64,000 nt of DNA from a virus. This document shows positions 56,402-64,000 of this stretch, piece by piece. The stretch's first letter is position 1, and every line of letters starts with the position of its first letter. The notes under the pieces are model-generated. The model did no database searches and had not been told where the DNA came from. It saw only the letters and a program-made list of their open reading frames with translations. Location of the stretch: positions 4,501-68,500 of the IMG/VR virus record IMGVR_UViG_3300008448_000067. The stretch is one strand, 5' to 3'. A program made the position numbers and the translations under genes.

Positions 56402-58197
56402 TATTCTCTGATCTGCTCAATTGTAATATTTAAATCTGGTTCAATAATATTTAATATTACATTTTGAATAGCAGTAATATCGCGTGAGCGCGGTTCAGCA
56501 TATATTTTAAATGATGTGCCAAAATAATTTTGAATAGTTAGATTGTTTAATCTTACTATGCCAGCATCATAGTCAACAGTACCAATATCGATAATTTTTT
56601 TATGATTACTTCCAACCTGAGTAACAATTCTTAATAGCCCGTCACCATTATCTTCAATAACACAGTTTTCAATTCCATTATATGTAAATGGTGTAGAAGT
56701 AATAGCATGAACATCAATAACAGGATGCTCATCTGCAAGAAGTGGAATTTCTTGAGTTAAAGCATTTTTAAAGTCTACTGTAAGATTTAACGGTATATTT
56801 AAATCTGGAGTAAGATACTTTACTAGCAATACATCTGTTTCATTACTAATAATACTAGAATCTGTAGAGTCTATTGCTTGTACTAGTTTAGAATATCTGA
56901 AAGTTCTAGAAAAACTATTTAAACTAGTCGAAGCATAGTTTAAAATAGTATCGATAACATACGTACGAATATCTTCTGGGTTTAAGCCAGTGCGGTTAAT
57001 ATTGTATCTTATGATACTATCAATTTTAAGATATGTATAATCTGGATTAATAAAGATTGGTTCCATTGCCACAGATGATCTAGATCTTAAAAATCTTTTA
57101 TATTCATCTTCTTTGATTTTTGGCAACCCATCAATCTCTGTAAGATCAACAGACACAAAGATGCGGCCATACTGAGGAGGTGTAGCATCTTCTCCACCGT
57201 ATGCTGTGACTGTATTAATTTCAGGATAATTAGCTTTTAATAGATTTTCATAATCATCAGCAGTGATCGCTCGCTCTTGAGCAGTGAACGCTCTTGGCGC
57301 ATTGAATTTAATAGAATTTAGATCTTCAGCAACTGCACCATCAGCAGCGCTACTAATTGTAGTAACAACTACATCTGCTTCATTATCAATTCTACCGGCG
57401 TTGATGAATCTAAAGCAACCATTCGGTAATTCACCATTTGATATTCTATATTCAATAACAACGATTGCATTGTTTTTTGGCTTCCGGCCTACAACACCAT
57501 CGCCAAAAACAACCTCGTATAAATCACCAACGCCCGGTTGAACAAAAAATACAGTAGAAGTTTCATCGTAACCAAACAATGAAGTTGCTCTAGAATATTC
57601 TATATTTACAGATCCATTGTCTTCAAGTACTGTAACAGATAAACTTGATACATCTACATTTTTATTATTGATTTTATATATCAGAGGATTGCTATAGTTA
57701 ATAGCATAAGTATCGCTTAAGTAGTTACCTTCGTAAATAGTAATAGTATCACTAACAAAAGCTCCATTTACTTTATTTGAAAGTATGATATTTTCTGTTG
57801 TATTAAATGAAAATGAATAATCATCTATTCTTGTTATAAAAGAAGTACCCTTTGGTATTACAATAGAGTTTTTATTCTGATCTGTTGGTGTAATTGATAA
57901 TTGAATATCTGCTTTAGCGGATGTAAATGATCTTGGAAGATAATTAAGCTCTTTGGCGTGTGAAATAACGCTGTCGCGCAACTTCGCCGAGTCCAGAAAC
58001 ATTTCATTTCCGACCATATTTAAATAAAATGCATTTTGATATGTGTTATATGCAAGAACGTCTAATAGAACTGACAGGTTACTACCATCAAAATCGTAAT
58101 CTTTAAATTCTTCTTGTTCAGTCAAATAAGTTTTGAGCGAAGTTTTGATTGAATCAAAGTCTAATTGAGTTAAAGCTATACTTGAGTTTGCAGCCAT
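56401..58197 (-). CDS. gp6: Baseplate wedge protein gp6
   Basis: LDFDSIK, DYDFDGSNLSVLLDVLAYNT, FLDSAKLRDSV.SHAK, FGDGVVG, QERAITADDY, GGEDATPPQYG. Confidence 0.95.
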   Translation of the reverse strand: MAANSSIALTQLDFDSIKTSLKTYLTEQEEFKDYDFDGSNLSVLLDVLAYNTYQNAFYLNMVGNEMFLDSAKLRDSVISHAKELNYLPRSFTSAKADIQLSITPTDQNKNSIVIPKGTSFITRIDDYSFSFNTTENIILSNKVNGAFVSDTITIYEGNYLSDTYAINYSNPLIYKINNKNVDVSSLSVTVLEDNGSVNIEYSRATSLFGYDETSTVFFVQPGVGDLYEVVFGDGVVGRKPKNNAIVVIEYRISNGELPNGCFRFINAGRIDNEADVVVTTISSAADGAVAEDLNSIKFNAPRAFTAQERAITADDYENLLKANYPEINTVTAYGGEDATPPQYGRIFVSVDLTEIDGLPKIKEDEYKRFLRSRSSVAMEPIFINPDYTYLKIDSIIRYNINRTGLNPEDIRTYVIDTILNYASTSLNSFSRTFRYSKLVQAIDSTDSSIISNETDVLLVKYLTPDLNIPLNLTVDFKNALTQEIPLLADEHPVIDVHAITSTPFTYNGIENCVIEDNGDGLLRIVTQVGSNHKKIIDIGTVDYDAGIVRLNNLTIQNYFGTSFKIYAEPRSRDITAIQNVILNIIEPDLNITIEQIRE

Positions 58198-58634
58198 TAT
58201 CTTGCTCTATAAAGTGTTAAATTAAGTGCGACAGGATTTACACTATTTATTATCTCAAAATAGATGTATATATCATAGGCGTGTCTAGATTCATTTGCCT
58301 GAACGATAATATCGACTATTCTAGCTCTTGGTTCATATTGGCGAATAGTTTCATCTATAGTCTTTTTTATTTCTTCTGAAATAGCATTAGATATGTTTTC
58401 AAACAAAAGACTTTTGATTCTGCACCCAATTTCTGGCTGAAACATTCTATCATATTTTTCAGTAAGAATTAAATTACGAATAGAACGCTTTACAGATTCT
58501 TCATTAACATATTTTGCTAAGCGCTTGTTTTGAGGATGAGCATTAAAATTAGTATAAAAGTCACTGTAATACGGCTTCTTAGCAGAAGCTACTTCTGTTC
58601 TAGTAATTTTATTTATTCTGGTGACATCGACCAT
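58197..58634 (-). CDS. gp25: Baseplate wedge protein gp25
   Basis: SVKRSIRNLILT...RMFQPEIG...LFE, IRQYEPRA. Confidence 0.93.
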   Translation of the reverse strand: MVDVTRINKITRTEVASAKKPYYSDFYTNFNAHPQNKRLAKYVNEESVKRSIRNLILTEKYDRMFQPEIGCRIKSLLFENISNAISEEIKKTIDETIRQYEPRARIVDIIVQANESRHAYDIYIYFEIINSVNPVALNLTLYRAR

Positions 58635-58654
58635 TTAAATCTCTTTTCTTTTAT

Positions 58655-59470
58655 TTATTTGACCGGAGGCGATCCAGAACGGCTATGCTTATGTTTTTGT
58701 AAAGAAATACCATCTGATATAATGTCACCATCAGACTTTAATTCTCCTGTTAATTCAACATCTCCATCAATGTATATCTTACCGGTCATACCAATATCTG
58801 TTCCACTAATATTCACAACACCAGACTTAGATACTAAATCAATGTCACCATCAGAAGTAATTTGGATCTTACCTTCATTTGATAAAATTTGAAGATCACC
58901 CTTGATAACACTAATAGAATGATCATTAATAGTCACACTAGTAGAATCTTTTACTGACTTCGTAATAATGGTACCATCAGGAAAGATCTCAATATATGAT
59001 CCAGACTTATGATAAACATGAACTCGCTCAGCTGTTGGAGTATCATCAAGTTCTAGAACATGCCCGCTTTCAGTTGTAATAGTTTTATTATATGGATATT
59101 TAGCAGCGTATTTGGTTTTCTTTTCTCCGAGTTCTTCTACATAATCTTTTTCAACTGGGCCGTTACCTCTAGCATAACTTGAAACCGAATGATTCGAATC
59201 ATCTACCGCATAAGGAAAACTACCAATAATGTAAGAAAGCTTAGAGTCGACTCTAAAACCAAATACCTTTGAGTCTTTACTCAACCCAACGGCCGACACG
59301 CCTATTCCTTTTGCATTTGCTCCAGTGGTTGGCATAACAATATGGCACCAAAATAGATTATTATTAGATTCTAAAGAATGACCAATAAGTTCTTTTACTT
59401 TGATCCGGCCCATCTTTTGTGGGTCATCGATGTCGACAACTTCACCCTGGAACCAGCGTTCAATATTCAT
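58655..59470 (-). CDS. gp5: Baseplate central spike gp5-like (OB-fold plus beta-helix, no lysozyme domain)
   Basis: WFQGEVVDIDDPQKMGRIKV, KYPYNK..TTESGHVLELDDTP.AER...YHKSGSY.EI.PDG; C-terminal SLQKHKH. Confidence 0.85.
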   Translation of the reverse strand: MNIERWFQGEVVDIDDPQKMGRIKVKELIGHSLESNNNLFWCHIVMPTTGANAKGIGVSAVGLSKDSKVFGFRVDSKLSYIIGSFPYAVDDSNHSVSSYARGNGPVEKDYVEELGEKKTKYAAKYPYNKTITTESGHVLELDDTPTAERVHVYHKSGSYIEIFPDGTIITKSVKDSTSVTINDHSISVIKGDLQILSNEGKIQITSDGDIDLVSKSGVVNISGTDIGMTGKIYIDGDVELTGELKSDGDIISDGISLQKHKHSRSGSPPVK

Positions 59471-59482
59471 TCTATAATTCCT

Positions 59483-60766
59483 TTACGCATAAGCTCTTGG
59501 AGCCTCACCACCATAACCATCTTTTACAATCTCTAGTGCTTGCAAGTAATCAGAATTTTCACCAAATGTTAATAAATGCCGGCACTTAGTAACTAGATAA
59601 TTACCAGCGGCTACAGAATTGGTATCAACATATGATCTGTCTTCACCCAAGGTGAGTGCATTAAATTCTGGAATCTTTGCAGTAATCACGTCTCCGATAG
59701 TTATTGTAGTATCACCATATATTGTAATTTGTGCAATTGTATTAAACAAGAATGAAAGATAATATGGTCTTACTGCTGCAGCATAAGCAGACTCTGCTGT
59801 TTCTATAGTAGGATCATACCGGTATTCTATAATCCTACCTTCACTCTTTGACAACTCATTTTGTGCTGCTGTAGACGATGACTCAGAGCCTTTATTCAAT
59901 TGAATGAAACTAAGCGTTTTTGGATTTACACTAATATCTTCAATTTCTTGAGTATTAATATTAATCTTTCTTACTGTAACCTTTCCTGCGCCGAGAGCTC
60001 GAGTAACATTGGCATTCCCAGTTTGAATTGCTTTAAATGCTAAAATGTTTCTCCATGAAGTGCCTTCCATACTAATATTAGATACAGTAGATTGAGTGAA
60101 GAATTTATCACCAATTTTAGTAAGGCCCTCTTTAACTAATCCTTCAAAAGATTTAAAATGGTATCCTTTAGTGTTTTCAAAGAATAAGAAACAGTGTCCC
60201 TTAAATTCTGAAGACATTGCTTTCAATCTAATTTCGTCGATTGCAGTAAAAGGATTCACAATAGTAAAATTAAACGCGTGAAGACCTTCAGTCTTTTCTA
60301 GGAAAATCGGTTTCTTCGTCTCTATACCATCTGCTGACTGAAGAATAGTTGCTATCATTCTTTCACATTCTATCTTTTTCTTTACCAGCGACATGTTCTT
60401 CTTTTGTGATGACACTAGAGCTTCTTTTGAAACGCACGTAATTTTGTAGACAATTCCCTTGTCATCAGGAAGAGTGTCTGCCGGATCTACAATAATAGGG
60501 TAAAAAGTATACTTTACTGAAGCTTCTGCGTTATCATCATATGTAGTAAATTCAAGATCGATACTTTGCTCTAAAAAATTAAAATGATCAAACATGCCAA
60601 CTTTATCTGATATAATAAATTCTGCAATTACAGTTGGCTCAAGTACACTTTCATATATGTCAGCCATCGCACAGTATGGTGTAAGCCCCAGTTTTCTTCC
60701 ACCGGGCACACTCATTTTGAAGTTTATAAGTTTGAATTTACCTTCACGGTACTGCGTTGGCGTCAT
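59483..60766 (-). CDS. Putative baseplate hub protein (gp27-like)
   Basis: IYESV, FLFFENTKGYHFKS, GDTTITIGDVI, GNYLVTKCRH motifs of contractile-tail hub proteins; located between gp53 and gp5. Confidence 0.65.
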   Translation of the reverse strand: MTPTQYREGKFKLINFKMSVPGGRKLGLTPYCAMADIYESVLEPTVIAEFIISDKVGMFDHFNFLEQSIDLEFTTYDDNAEASVKYTFYPIIVDPADTLPDDKGIVYKITCVSKEALVSSQKKNMSLVKKKIECERMIATILQSADGIETKKPIFLEKTEGLHAFNFTIVNPFTAIDEIRLKAMSSEFKGHCFLFFENTKGYHFKSFEGLVKEGLTKIGDKFFTQSTVSNISMEGTSWRNILAFKAIQTGNANVTRALGAGKVTVRKININTQEIEDISVNPKTLSFIQLNKGSESSSTAAQNELSKSEGRIIEYRYDPTIETAESAYAAAVRPYYLSFLFNTIAQITIYGDTTITIGDVITAKIPEFNALTLGEDRSYVDTNSVAAGNYLVTKCRHLLTFGENSDYLQALEIVKDGYGGEAPRAYA

Positions 60767-61593
60767 TGTTTAAGTTGCTCAATAAATGTTTTTTCAATAT
60801 CCGGAACATAACTAGACTTGATCATAGTAATATACTTCTTAAGCTCATTTTGTTCTTCTTCATAATCATAAGCATACACAGGAGCCCAGAAATTCTGTTC
60901 TTCAATTGTAATATTTTCTTTCAGCGTTATAACATCTGTAATATTTTCAGAGGTAGAAACTTCAAAATCACTTTCTATATGCTGAACAATAAGAATACCA
61001 GCATCATCGTCTTTAGATACTAGTGTTCCGGAAGCAGCAGTGGAAGTTTGGCTAATAATATCGCCAACATCAAAAGAAGAAATATCAATTGATACAGTTA
61101 ACTGTACAATTCTATTTGTAGAAGCGATCCAATCTTCTTTTACTCGTTCATAGCCAACTATCTGTGATGTTATATTAAGTCTCGGCTTCCAGTATTTCTT
61201 GATGTTCGAACTTAGATTGTCATACACTGATTCAGAGATTAAACTTTCATCAGGAGCCCAGTCATTTCTATAAAATAAAATTAAGCTTCTAGCTAATTCT
61301 ATAGAGCCATATTTGCCAATTATATAGTTGTTGAAGTCTTGATTTGATTTATAGTAATCATGATATGGATCTACAATACTATTGGCCATATAGATTAACC
61401 AATCGTACTGTGAAGAATTATAATAATTAAAAGAAAGAATGTCTGGTCTAGTACTACCTTCTTGAAGAACATAGTCAAAATTAACATAAATATCTTTTTT
61501 AGTTTTATCTGTAAAATCTACTCGCGCTAAAATATTCTTAGCCGGAGTGCCATTATAATCAACAAGTGGAAATCTGTTAAAATACTTACCCAT
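60763..61593 (-). CDS. gp53: Baseplate wedge protein gp53
   Basis: YFNRFP, RPDILSFNYY....DWLI...N.IVDPY, AYDYEEEQNE.K..I. Confidence 0.88.
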   Translation of the reverse strand: MGKYFNRFPLVDYNGTPAKNILARVDFTDKTKKDIYVNFDYVLQEGSTRPDILSFNYYNSSQYDWLIYMANSIVDPYHDYYKSNQDFNNYIIGKYGSIELARSLILFYRNDWAPDESLISESVYDNLSSNIKKYWKPRLNITSQIVGYERVKEDWIASTNRIVQLTVSIDISSFDVGDIISQTSTAASGTLVSKDDDAGILIVQHIESDFEVSTSENITDVITLKENITIEEQNFWAPVYAYDYEEEQNELKKYITMIKSSYVPDIEKTFIEQLKQ

Positions 61594-61595
61594 GA

Positions 61596-62813
61596 TTATT
61601 TAGCAACTCCTTTAGCAACACCTGTGTAAATACTTGCTACTAAGCCTTTACCTTCATCTATAGCCGATCCTAATCCTATTTTACGAGCCCCTGCCTCTGC
61701 AGCATCTTTAAAGTTCTCAAGATTATCTGGGCGGCCGCCGGACTGTAGTCCATAATCACGAGCCGTCTGAATTTCGGTTTCAAGTAACTGTATTTCTAAT
61801 TGAATCATGGTAGGCTCTCTCGAGCCAGCAAAGAATGAAGGTATACCGGCTGGAGCATAGTTAACAGACACACTTTTGATCAAACATTTTTTAAAGTTTA
61901 TAAGTGGTTCGTTAAATCCCATCAACGCAATTTCAACCATAGGAGGATACTGGAGCGCTGCTGTACCCGTAGTACTGTAATTTGGTAAAGAATTCTTTTT
62001 AATCTCATTAACAATTGCTCTAAGATTTTTGCTTTCTGCTGGATTTCGCGGTGCAAATGTCCATTGGAACGAATGAGATCTCAGTTCAACACCAGAGAAT
62101 ATTGCTTGCAAATGTGGATTAGGAACTGCACCTAGTGCCTGACCGAGCGCATCAGCTCCAGGGCCTTCGAGTGCTTGAGCAAGCTTTGCGTATAAAATAG
62201 CAAACTCCGTGCCCTGCACAGCCGTCCCGGCGCCTCGAAGGAGATCAAAACCAGCATCTGCTAATCCACCAGCAACACCGCCCATTTTAGATGAATTAAC
62301 ATCCAGCTCGAACGTTTCTTTTAAATCTCTTGGAACTGGAAGATGTATAGTTTTAAATCTTTTAAAGACTGCTTGCATCTGTGGGCTCGGTCTTTCATAG
62401 CTCTGAAAGTCTAAAGCCATGTAATATTGCCCCATTTGATCTGGGAATTGCATCACCGCGGCCGAAGAAATATCTGTTGTGTTAATTTTTTGCATAGCAT
62501 CTAAAGTAGTTTCAGCACTTCCTGCTAACATATTTTGTTCTATTTCTCTAGGCGAAACGCGATTTTGTTCCGATGTAGAAGTTCTGAAAAAATCATCTGC
62601 TCTTCCATTTGAAAACGCATCACCAAACCTAGACGACAAATCCGAAGTCACAGCAGAAGACAGACCTACTTTATTTAGACCTTTTGCAAAAAGATCTTCT
62701 ACCGCATTTTCAAGCTTTTGTTCCACCTTATTGATAGCACTATTCACTAGTCTATTAGCAATACCTCCGAGATCTTTCTTAAAGCTTTTGATATTTAGAT
62801 TGATAATTGCCAT
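61596..62813 (-). CDS. gp48: Baseplate tail-tube cap gp48
   Basis: IHLPVP, PNPHLQAIFSGVELRSHSFQWTFAPRNPAES, CLIKSVSVNYAP, LEIQLLE.E. Confidence 0.82.
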   Translation of the reverse strand: MAIINLNIKSFKKDLGGIANRLVNSAINKVEQKLENAVEDLFAKGLNKVGLSSAVTSDLSSRFGDAFSNGRADDFFRTSTSEQNRVSPREIEQNMLAGSAETTLDAMQKINTTDISSAAVMQFPDQMGQYYMALDFQSYERPSPQMQAVFKRFKTIHLPVPRDLKETFELDVNSSKMGGVAGGLADAGFDLLRGAGTAVQGTEFAILYAKLAQALEGPGADALGQALGAVPNPHLQAIFSGVELRSHSFQWTFAPRNPAESKNLRAIVNEIKKNSLPNYSTTGTAALQYPPMVEIALMGFNEPLINFKKCLIKSVSVNYAPAGIPSFFAGSREPTMIQLEIQLLETEIQTARDYGLQSGGRPDNLENFKDAAEAGARKIGLGSAIDEGKGLVASIYTGVAKGVAK

Positions 62814-62841
62814 GACTTCTCTTCTTTGAAAGTTCTCTAGT

Positions 62842-62853
62842 TATTTATAAATA
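62842..62853. promoter_or_regulatory. Bidirectional late promoter (palindrome TATTTATAAATA)
   Basis: Contains TATAAATA on both strands, between the divergent gp48 and gp4 genes. Confidence 0.8.
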
Positions 62854-62858
62854 GATCT

Positions 62859-63299
62859 ATGGCGTATAAAGGCAAATTTAAACCAATTAATCCTTCAAAA
62901 TATAGAGGTGATCCTACGAACATTGTTTATCGTTCGCGGTGGGAACTTGTTTATATGTCTAGATTAGACAAAGATTCAAGTGTTCTAGAATGGGCGAGTG
63001 AAGAACACGTGGTTCCTTATCGTTCGCCTATTGATAATAGAATTCATCGATACTTCGTAGACTTCTATATAAAAAAGAGAATGCCAGATGGTAACGTCAA
63101 GTGTGCTCTCATTGAGATTAAACCTAAAAGCCAGACAAAGCCTCCAGCTGTAATAAATAAACCAAACAAGCGTTATATCAATGAAGTGATGACGTGGGGA
63201 ATTAATGAAGCTAAATGGAAAGCTGCTACAGAATTCTGTAGAGATCGTGGCTGGGCATTTGAAATTTTAACCGAAGATCATTTAGGACTGAAATTCTAG
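62859..63299 (+). CDS. gp4: Head completion nuclease gp4
   Basis: YKGKFKPINPSKYRGD...YRSRWE, WASEE..VPY.SP.D...HRYFVDF, IEIKP..QT, NEAKWKAA, LTED. Confidence 0.93.
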   Translation: MAYKGKFKPINPSKYRGDPTNIVYRSRWELVYMSRLDKDSSVLEWASEEHVVPYRSPIDNRIHRYFVDFYIKKRMPDGNVKCALIEIKPKSQTKPPAVINKPNKRYINEVMTWGINEAKWKAATEFCRDRGWAFEILTEDHLGLKF

Positions 63300-63898
63300 T
63301 GGCAACTATATTTGATACAATCATCACTCAGGGTGTTCGTTCTGGACAGATTCCGGCGCGTACTCAAGCGTCACGTGATTGGTTTCGCGATACTGCTGCT
63401 AAAATGAGAACCGTAAATGAAAGATCACTTATGAAGGGTGATCAGGGTAGATTGGTTGCTAAACCAATTATTGGCTCGATGTATATGTTTAATTATGATC
63501 CTAAGTGGAAAGATGAACTTCCATATTATGATAGATTTCCTATGGTCTTTCCATTTCGTAAAGTTCCAGGTGGATTTTATGGAATCAACCTTCACTATCT
63601 TCCACCGCAACTCAGAGCAAAACTAATGGATGCTCTGTATGATTATGCCAACAACACTCGCTACGACGAGTCAACAAAGATCAAATTAAACTATCAGCTT
63701 CTCACAAGCATTTCAAAGATGAGATTCTTTTCGCCTTGTGTAAAGCATTATCTAGATGAGCATGTACGTTCTCGTTTTATGTATGTGTACCCTTCTGAGT
63801 GGGACATTGCTCTCTTCTTACCAACAGAACGTTTCGCCAAGAAGTCGAAGACTCAGGTATGGAACGATTCAAAGAGAATGTTAGGGATTAGAAAGTAA
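63299..63898 (+). CDS. gp2: DNA end protector protein gp2
   Basis: GSMYMFNYDPK.K..LPYYDRFP, GINLHYLPP, CVKHYL, WDIALFLPTERF; GTG start. Confidence 0.93.
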   Translation: MATIFDTIITQGVRSGQIPARTQASRDWFRDTAAKMRTVNERSLMKGDQGRLVAKPIIGSMYMFNYDPKWKDELPYYDRFPMVFPFRKVPGGFYGINLHYLPPQLRAKLMDALYDYANNTRYDESTKIKLNYQLLTSISKMRFFSPCVKHYLDEHVRSRFMYVYPSEWDIALFLPTERFAKKSKTQVWNDSKRMLGIRK

Positions 63899-64000
63899 TG
63901 GCAGGATTACGCGAACAGGCTGAAAGTGGATCCACTACGAGTGCTCTTAATGCACTGCCAGGTGCTAACCAGAGTGTGGCTAAATACGGCCGCGAAAAAT
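63898..64000 (+). CDS. Start of next ORF (truncated; by synteny possibly a tail-tube-related protein)
   Basis: ATG overlaps the gp2 stop (TAATG); open to the window end: MAGLREQAESGSTTSALNALPGANQSVAKYGREK. Confidence 0.45.
   Translation, partial: MAGLREQAESGSTTSALNALPGANQSVAKYGREK

Noticed and set aside
62859-63299. TnsA-like transposase endonuclease
   Set aside because: The nuclease motifs and position beside gp2 identify it as the T4 gp4 head completion protein; no transposon features nearby.
1-64000. Stop-codon reassignment
   Set aside because: Core genes are full length in the standard code, and TAA, TAG and TGA all end genes at expected positions.
1-64000. tRNA or structured ncRNA genes
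   Set aside because: Intergenic gaps are under ~120 nt and are accounted for by promoters, SDs and terminators; no cloverleaf was seen.

Overview
This window is the virion morphogenesis region of a large T4-like myovirus. It has the cyanophage/alphaproteobacterial-phage type of gene order: no gp24 in the head cluster, a VrlC-like protein and NATAAATA late promoters. The host cannot be fixed from the sequence alone. Reading the minus strand from right to left: baseplate genes (gp48, gp53, putative hub, gp5, gp25, gp6, gp7, gp8, two VrlC-like ORFs), a ~26 kb fibre/adhesin region, then neck, terminase, tail and head genes (gp13-gp23), gp3, uvsY and the start of uvsW. gp4 and gp2 lie divergently on the plus strand at the right end. 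The most unusual content is in the fibre region. (1) A 1571-aa plus-strand enzyme with four glycosyltransferase domains and two FkbM-like methyltransferase domains sits among three proline-free collagen-like (GFTGSx)n fibre genes, and its sigma70-type promoter overlaps the late promoter of the fibre operon. (2) Surface-exposed virion proteins are rich in [A/G/S]-N-[T/S] motifs resembling chlorovirus Asn-glycosylation sites. Together these suggest a phage-encoded virion glycosylation system. (3) The fibres carry 'P-x(3-4)-D-[LIV]-W' nodes whose number matches that of the downstream proteins with N-terminal W-[ND]-G-x-x-W repeats, suggesting a plug-and-socket branched receptor-binding system. 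All assignments come from reading motifs and synteny; no searches were run, and counts are by hand.
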